Below are positions 58,522-64,000 of a stretch of DNA of 64,000 bases, piece after piece. Source of the stretch: Tagaea sp. (GTDB lineage Bacteria; Pseudomonadota; Alphaproteobacteria; CACIAM-22H2). The stretch covers positions 1 to 64,000 of the forward strand of contig CBDIIB010000004.1 in assembly GCA_965279525.1 (NCBI GenBank). The letters are read 5' to 3'. The position numbers and the translations under genes are program-made. Each line of letters opens with the position of its first letter. The first letter of the stretch is position 1. A model generated the notes under the pieces. It was given only the letters and a program-made list of their open reading frames with translations. It was not told the DNA's origin and did not search any database.

Positions 58522-59049
58522 TCAGCGCGTCAGCGTCGCCCCGGCCGAGTAGGCGCATTTGGGCGAGGCCACGTTTCCGGTCAGCATCACCGTGGTGTCC
58601 TTGTTCATCTGGAAGTCGTGGAAACAGATCTCGCGCCAACCGCCCCGATCGATCTGGGTATAGACGCTGACCAGCGTTCCGGCCCGAAAGGAACGGCAGG
58701 CATACTCGCTGTAGAGAAGCTCCACCCAGTGGCCGGTTTCGCCCGGCTGCTTCATGAAGATGCGGCCGATATACAACAACAGGGGATCCAACGCGTAGCC
58801 GGCGGCCCATGCCTCGAGATTGTTGCGCACACCGCCGATCGAGAGCTGGTTGGCGCCGAGGCCGTCGATGCCGTTCGTGGTGGTGTTCGGCCCCACGTTG
58901 AACACGCACATGCGGAAGGCTCCGTTGGCCGGTGCCGTCAGCGTGTTCTTGGGCCAGTCCTGCGGCGTGGGAATCTGCGCGTGCACGCCGGCCGCCATGC
59001 AGAAGACAAGGGAGAGGGCGAGAGTAAGTGTCGCGATCGTCCGGCGCAT
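58522..59049 (-). CDS. Secreted 4-Cys protein, paralogue C (175 aa)
   Basis: Start MRRTIATL at 59049; signal peptide VHA-Q; shares PTP.DWPKN and LLYSEY.CRSF.AGT.V.VY.QI.R.GW.EIC with paralogue B. Confidence 0.82.
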   Translation of the reverse strand: MRRTIATLTLALSLVFCMAAGVHAQIPTPQDWPKNTLTAPANGAFRMCVFNVGPNTTTNGIDGLGANQLSIGGVRNNLEAWAAGYALDPLLLYIGRIFMKQPGETGHWVELLYSEYACRSFRAGTLVSVYTQIDRGGWREICFHDFQMNKDTTVMLTGNVASPKCAYSAGATLTR

Positions 59050-59089
59050 TGCGGGATTCCTATTTTGAAGTTGGCATTTCTTGCAGCGT

Positions 59090-61042
59090 TCAGCGCACCA
59101 GCAGGCGTGCCGCGTCCTCGAACATGCGGCGCAGACGCGTGGGCTCGGCCCATTCCTCCAGATCGATGTCCCCGGTACGCACGCCGCGGAACAGCATGTT
59201 GCGGTCCATGTGGCGTAGCGCCAGTAACTGGTTGGGCCAAAGGCCACCTAGGTCCATGACGGCCTTAGCACGCACCTGGCGCAACGCCTCGGGTTCGTCG
59301 CGCCCGCTCTGGGCAAGGCTTCGGTCCAGCTCGCCCAGATTGGCGTCGAATCCTGTTACGCGGCGCGGCGTCAGAAGGATGATGACCGACTTGGTGTAGT
59401 CGCGCCCGGTGCGGCGCTGGAAGAAGTACTGCAGCCCGGGAATGTCGCGCAGCACCGGTACGCCGCTCGACGTCGAGGTGATCTCGCGCTCGCTGAGGCC
59501 GGACAGGATCAGCGTCTCGTCGAAGCGCAGTCGGACATTGGCCGCGACCATGTTGCGCGATGTCTGGACGGACTGCGTGAAGGTCGCCGACGCGGCCGTC
59601 GTCTCGAAGAAGGAGCGCGCCGCCTTGACGCTGACCAGCATCGAATCATCATCGATGAAGGTGGGCGTCACCGAGAGGCTGACGCCCACCGGTTTGTCGT
59701 TGATCGTGCCGCCGCCCTGCGTGCTTACCAGCGCCACCGACACAGTCGACCCTGAGAAGAACTGAGCCGCCTGCCGGTCGAGCGCGAGAAGGCTCGGCCG
59801 CGCGATGATGTCGGCACTCTGGTCCGACGCATTGGCGATGTTGAGCGAGTAGCTGATACCGCCGCCGCTGGTCGTGCCGAGCGACAGAACGTCGGCGACT
59901 GAACCGGTGCGTGTCGTCGAGCTATTCGTTCCACGCGTTTGGTTGAGCGTACGTGAGACAAAGACGTTGAGGTTGTCGAGGAGGTTTACACCGTAGCCGT
60001 ACGACGTGACGTCGTCTGAACGCAGCAGCACGGCGTCGATCACCGCCATGCGCGGCATCGCGGAGCCGCGGCATGGGGCGGGAAGGGCGGGAAGGGCGAC
60101 GGTTTCGTCGCCGGTGGGCGATGAACTGTAGCCGGATGAACTTGCACCGCCATAGCTCGGGTTCGCCTGCTGCTGGTTGATTGCCTGCTGGCAGTCGAAC
60201 CAGGCCGGCGCGACTGGACCGCCAGCCGACGCCGTCGTCGGGGCGCCTGCGGCCGCAGCGGGTGTCATGGGCGCAGACGGGGACGTCACAGGCGCTGCCG
60301 GAGCCTGGGCCAGCAACGTTTCGCGGACGCTCTGCCATTGGCCGATCCGCCTCTCCATAATCTGACGCGTCGGCTCGTCGACTCCGGCCTCGGAGAGGAT
60401 GGTGTTGCTGCGCTCTTGCAGGCCAGCGGCGGCATAGATGAGCGAAGCGCTTGCCGCGACGCGCGCATTGTCCGGCTTTGCGAGCGACCGCGCGCGTTCG
60501 GTCGCCCACAGCGCCAGGTCGAAATCGCCGGCACCGTACGAAGCGGCAGCGAGAAGTCGGAGCGCTTCGACACTGTCCCCTTCAATGTCCAGGACGTATG
60601 CAGCGACACGCTGTGCCGCGGCATGGCGACCGATCTCCAGATAGAGGCGGGTAAGCTGAATGCCTGCAGCGACAAAATCGCGGCGCTGGTCGAGGGCAGC
60701 GAGGTAGCCAGTCTCGGCGAGTTCGGCGTAACCTCGATCACCGGCACGCACGCGTAGGTGATAGGAGAGCGCGTTCATGTGGTTGAGCGCGGCATTGCGC
60801 GGGTCGTTCTGGAGCGCTAGGGAGAACGCCCGATTGGCTTCCGCCGCGTCGCCTCGGGCGATGGAGTCGAGCCCACGTTGGGCGGCCTGAGCGGCCGCTC
60901 CTCGGGCTCGCTCGATGCGGATCGGCTCAAAGTTGGGGCCGAGCGCAACCTGATCGTGCGCGCACCCGGCGAGCACCGCTACGACTGCGGTAGCCAGACC
61001 CCAACTACTGAAGATGCTTGACTTGATCGCGATTCGCACCAT
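59090..61042 (-). CDS. Lipoprotein TPR-secretin fusion
   Basis: Lipobox VLAGC, TPR-like repeats, a Pro/Ala/Ser linker, then a secretin domain (IIARPSLLALD.Q.AQFFSG, VGVSLSVTP, ETLILSGL, SGVPVLRDIPGLQYFF...SVIILLTPR). Confidence 0.82.
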   Translation of the reverse strand: MVRIAIKSSIFSSWGLATAVVAVLAGCAHDQVALGPNFEPIRIERARGAAAQAAQRGLDSIARGDAAEANRAFSLALQNDPRNAALNHMNALSYHLRVRAGDRGYAELAETGYLAALDQRRDFVAAGIQLTRLYLEIGRHAAAQRVAAYVLDIEGDSVEALRLLAAASYGAGDFDLALWATERARSLAKPDNARVAASASLIYAAAGLQERSNTILSEAGVDEPTRQIMERRIGQWQSVRETLLAQAPAAPVTSPSAPMTPAAAAGAPTTASAGGPVAPAWFDCQQAINQQQANPSYGGASSSGYSSSPTGDETVALPALPAPCRGSAMPRMAVIDAVLLRSDDVTSYGYGVNLLDNLNVFVSRTLNQTRGTNSSTTRTGSVADVLSLGTTSGGGISYSLNIANASDQSADIIARPSLLALDRQAAQFFSGSTVSVALVSTQGGGTINDKPVGVSLSVTPTFIDDDSMLVSVKAARSFFETTAASATFTQSVQTSRNMVAANVRLRFDETLILSGLSEREITSTSSGVPVLRDIPGLQYFFQRRTGRDYTKSVIILLTPRRVTGFDANLGELDRSLAQSGRDEPEALRQVRAKAVMDLGGLWPNQLLALRHMDRNMLFRGVRTGDIDLEEWAEPTRLRRMFEDAARLLVR

Positions 61043-61072
61043 GGCTTATTTTCATATCAAGGAGCGAGCGTC

Positions 61073-61252
61073 ATGAACACCACCTTCGTGCTGCTGTTAA
61101 CTTTTTTCACTGCAAACAACCCACCGACGGCCGCCCTTGCGCACGAGTTTGACGGGAAGGCCGCCTGCGAGCAAGCCGGTCGAGCGGCGTCGGACGGCTT
61201 CCGACACGCGGCACACATTCAGGTCCGCTATGTCTGCGTACCGAAGGCCTGA
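61073..61252 (+). CDS. Small 59-aa protein with hydrophobic N-terminus and 2 Cys (absent from the ORF track)
   Basis: RBS aaggag; MNTTFVLLLTFFTANNPPTAALAHEFDGKAACEQAGRAASDGFRHAAHIQVRYVCVPKA. Confidence 0.6.
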   Translation: MNTTFVLLLTFFTANNPPTAALAHEFDGKAACEQAGRAASDGFRHAAHIQVRYVCVPKA

Positions 61253-61428
61253 ATGCATCGAACATGGCTGCGCCGGTATGCCGATTGCCGGTGGCCGAGG
61301 TGGTGATCGCTCTTTGCTGAAGGATGGGTTCTTAGCTAATTTGAGTATTCGTTCTGTTCTCGGAATCGGTTGCATTGACGCCAATCGACGAACGCGACGT
61401 CGGAGATTTTGTACATTGGAGGCGACTG

Positions 61429-61878
61429 GTGCTGGCAAAATTGAGCTGCCTTGTGATCGCGGTACTTGCGTCGTATTCGCTACCGGTTTTGGCGCAAGGC
61501 GCAGCCCAATGCCTTCGGCCGGACGTACTAAGCCGCAATCAGCGCTGCATGATGAATGTCTGCTCCCAGACCGTGACGTTGTGGCACTGCTTTCCGGACT
61601 CTGATGGGCCGCTCGGATGCGCGGCGACAGACGGTGGCGCCTTCACAGTGATTGCACCGGGCTATTGCGCGGATATGCATGTCGGCTACGAGAACGCGCT
61701 CGTCTCGAAGCCCATCCGATACTCAGCGTGTCTCGGCGCCAATACTGTCCGCCATGTGGTGCGTGGCACCAGCGTCACCTGCTCCGATCCCCAGGAGAAC
61801 GCAGGAACACGCGGTTTGCCCGCACTTCCCGGACGCCTGCCCCTGCCGGTCTACACGCATTACCATCCGCTGAACTGA
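61429..61878 (+). CDS. Secreted Cys-rich protein (8 Cys in the mature part)
   Basis: ggagg RBS before GTG at 61429; signal peptide ending VLA-Q. Confidence 0.62.
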   Translation: MLAKLSCLVIAVLASYSLPVLAQGAAQCLRPDVLSRNQRCMMNVCSQTVTLWHCFPDSDGPLGCAATDGGAFTVIAPGYCADMHVGYENALVSKPIRYSACLGANTVRHVVRGTSVTCSDPQENAGTRGLPALPGRLPLPVYTHYHPLN

Positions 61879-61888
61879 CGACGACTAA

Positions 61889-62767
61889 ATGCGTCTTCGG
61901 TCCGTCTTTGTTGCCGTAGTGTTGGCATTTTCTGCCGGCGGAGTTCTGGCGCAGTCGCCGGACCGCCCGCCTGCGGAACTTGTACAAGGGCGTACCGAGT
62001 TCGCGCGCAAGAACTTCAACGGTGCATACTTATTGCTGCTGCCCTTCGCCCATCGCGGAAATGCCGAGGCTCAGTTTCTGCTTGGCCGGATGTCGGACGA
62101 GGGAGGGGGCGGGATCGCGCTAGATCCGCGCGAGGCCGCGCGCTGGTACCGGCAGGCGGCATCGCTCGACTATGCGCCCGCGCACTATATGCTCGCGATG
62201 GCGTATGCGACGGGACGCGGCGTGACACAGACGCCGACGCTGGCGCTCGATCATCTCGAGAAAGCGGCAAGTCTTGACTACACGCCAGCGATCCTCGATC
62301 TCGCATCACTTTACGACGATGGCCGCGGCGTCGAGCCGGATCGTCCACGCGGCTATGCCCTGTTCCGGCGCGCGGCCGATCTCGGCAATACCGAGGCGCG
62401 CTTTGTCGTCGGCGAACGGCTGACGAGCGGCGACGGGACGGATCCCAATCGGGACGAGGCGCGCCGCTGGTACCAGCTCGCCGCCGGCCGTGGCCATCCG
62501 GGCGCCATGTTCCGGTTGGCGCAGATCGGCTATGGGCTCGACAAGGGCAACGATTCACGTGTCGTCGCCTATGCGTTCCTCACTCTCGCGATGCAGCGAG
62601 GTGCTTCCTATATTCGCGGCGAGGCGCAGAAGCTGCGAGACCAGCTCGCGCGCACGATGATCCAGACAGATATCGATCAGGCAATGCAGCGCGTGCGCAG
62701 TTGGAAACCGTCTCCCCCTATGCCGGGCGACGCATTCGATCCGGACGACCCCTATAACAGTCCTTAG
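61889..62767 (+). CDS. Sel1-repeat exported protein
   Basis: Signal peptide; repeats such as GNAEAQFLLG, EAARWYRQAA and Y..GRGV. Confidence 0.88.
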   Translation: MRLRSVFVAVVLAFSAGGVLAQSPDRPPAELVQGRTEFARKNFNGAYLLLLPFAHRGNAEAQFLLGRMSDEGGGGIALDPREAARWYRQAASLDYAPAHYMLAMAYATGRGVTQTPTLALDHLEKAASLDYTPAILDLASLYDDGRGVEPDRPRGYALFRRAADLGNTEARFVVGERLTSGDGTDPNRDEARRWYQLAAGRGHPGAMFRLAQIGYGLDKGNDSRVVAYAFLTLAMQRGASYIRGEAQKLRDQLARTMIQTDIDQAMQRVRSWKPSPPMPGDAFDPDDPYNSP

Positions 62768-62806
62768 GACGCATGATGCGCGAGGCGTGATCCGATCTGG
62801 CTGCGC

Positions 62807-62925
62807 TTGGTTTCCACTCGTTTCCCTTAAATGCCGGAAAATACGGAAAATGACATTGAAATCATTGAGATTTAGGAAAGCTGGGGGACTGGGGGTCGCA
62901 GGTTCGAATCCTGTCGCTCCGACCA
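62807..62925 (+). repeat. attR-like site 3: conserved arm plus tRNA-Pro 3' half (62881-62925)
   Basis: Identity to the tRNA starts exactly at the anticodon loop CTGGGGG; same arm upstream. Confidence 0.92.
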
Positions 62926-62985
62926 TCAAAGAAGCCCGCCGCCGGGAAGCCGGTCGGCGGGCTTTGAAGTCTTCGACGAAAACCT

Positions 62986-64000
62986 TCAAACGATGTTCGA
63001 GTCTATTTCGACGAGCTTCCGGGCGACATCCTCAGGCGAATTGCCAAGAAGCGTAGGGTTGGCACGTATCAGAACACGATCTCCATCGACGTCCCCTAGC
63101 ACTATGCCGGACTCCCGGGCTTTCACCTTGAAGGTCGCGACGCCGGAATTCGGCTTTAGCCAGACGCAGTTTGTTGGGGCATCTCCTACAGGGATCAATG
63201 TCGGGCCATCGGTCATAGAGAGCGAGTGCGCGAACGCATTACGCCATTCAAGGCTGCGTTTCCAGTCCGGTTCGAGCCGGTCGATTTCCGCCAGCACGAC
63301 GGCGGCGATCGGCCAGAGTTGGGGCAGCGCGCCCCCGTGGCGGCGGCGATCATGTTCGACGCCGTCGAGCAGTTCGACCGGTCCTGCGAGGACAGCGCCG
63401 AAGGGCAGGCCGAACATCTTCCAGAGCGACAGGTAGATCGTGTCGTAGTCGGCGGAGAATTCCGCCATCGACCTGCCGGCTGCCGCTGCGGCGATCGGAA
63501 GGCGTGCGCCGTCCAGATGCAGGCCGATCCCGAGCTGGCGCGCCGTCGCGATCGTGTCGGCGAGGAGGTCGGCCGGGTATGCTTCGTTCCGGCGGCGACG
63601 GACAGGCGTTTCAATGCATATAGCGCCCAGCGACTGGGCGACCTTGCCGGTCCGGGCGCTCGCGGCGGCATCGCGCACCGCCTGGCCCGGGAAGCCGGCA
63701 CCGGCGGGCGTGGCCGCGACGACGGTCAGGCCCATGATGGCGGCAAGCGAATCGCCCGTGTCGTTCATCACGTGGCTGTCTGGATGCACGAGCACGCGGC
63801 GTGCGCGCGGTCCGCAGAGCCGGTCGAGTGCGATCATGTTCGCGAGCGTTCCGGTCGGAAAGAGGACGGCGCGCGCCTTACCGAGAAGTTTTGCAAGTGC
63901 GGCTTCGCATTCGCGCACGAGCGGCCCCTCGCCATAGCTGTCCGGCGCGGCGACGCGGCCGAGAGCCGCCGACAGGCGCGGCACGAAGCTCGTGTCGGCG
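62986..64000 (-). CDS. PLP-dependent threonine aldolase family enzyme (5' end probably outside the window)
   Basis: FPTGTLANMIAL, LHLDGARL and YLSLWKMFG..FGAVLAG. Confidence 0.82.
   Translation of the reverse strand, partial: ADTSFVPRLSAALGRVAAPDSYGEGPLVRECEAALAKLLGKARAVLFPTGTLANMIALDRLCGPRARRVLVHPDSHVMNDTGDSLAAIMGLTVVAATPAGAGFPGQAVRDAAASARTGKVAQSLGAICIETPVRRRRNEAYPADLLADTIATARQLGIGLHLDGARLPIAAAAAGRSMAEFSADYDTIYLSLWKMFGLPFGAVLAGPVELLDGVEHDRRRHGGALPQLWPIAAVVLAEIDRLEPDWKRSLEWRNAFAHSLSMTDGPTLIPVGDAPTNCVWLKPNSGVATFKVKARESGIVLGDVDGDRVLIRANPTLLGNSPEDVARKLVEIDSNIV

Larger units (their letters stand above)
56595..62925. mobile_element. Integrated cassette 3 (6,331 bp; secretin plus exported proteins), no integrase visible
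   Basis: Bounded by tRNA-Pro 3'-half repeats; visibly less GC-rich; contains an IS remnant. Confidence 0.75.

Noticed and set aside
57966-59049. Diversity-generating retroelement acting on the paralogous secreted genes
   Set aside because: There is no reverse transcriptase and no near-identical template/variable repeat pair; the divergence is spread across the genes.
44016-62925. Three additional tRNA-Pro genes
   Set aside because: Each copy lacks the 5' acceptor strand and D-arm, so they are att-type fragments rather than genes.
33373-62925. CRISPR array or classical integron attC sites
   Set aside because: The repeats are 6-12 kb apart and tRNA-derived, and no cas or intI gene is present. 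The arm palindrome runs GTT...AAC, the opposite of attC (RYYYAAC...GTTRRRY).

Overview
GC-rich alphaproteobacterial chromosome segment (FlbT, FlaF, FliX and a one-cysteine DksA point to a Rhodospirillales/Caulobacter-like lineage; inferred). Bases 1-33 kb hold a flagellar cluster: flgK, flgL, two tandem flgE, flbT, a DUF1217-like gene, flaF, a short flagellin, flgN, a flgJ-like gene, flgI, fliX, dksA, flgH, flgA, flgG and flgF. A putative flagellar glycosylation island with four TPR-GT41 (OGT/SPINDLY-like) transferases and sugar-modifying enzymes is embedded in it. A tRNA-Pro(GGG) gene lies at 33373-33449. Its 3' half recurs three more times (44016, 56547, 62881), each copy preceded by the same conserved ~70-bp palindromic arm. 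These repeats divide the rest of the window into tandem integrated cassettes with no recognisable integrase: (1) 10.6 kb sugar uptake/oxidative catabolism, (2) 12.5 kb aromatic-type catabolism with a probable IclR regulon, (3) 6.3 kb carrying a stand-alone lipoprotein TPR-secretin plus three paralogous 4-Cys secreted proteins and other exported proteins, and probably the start of a fourth. The cassette array and the minimal secretin module are the best candidates for undescribed systems. All family assignments come from motif recognition by eye, not database searches.
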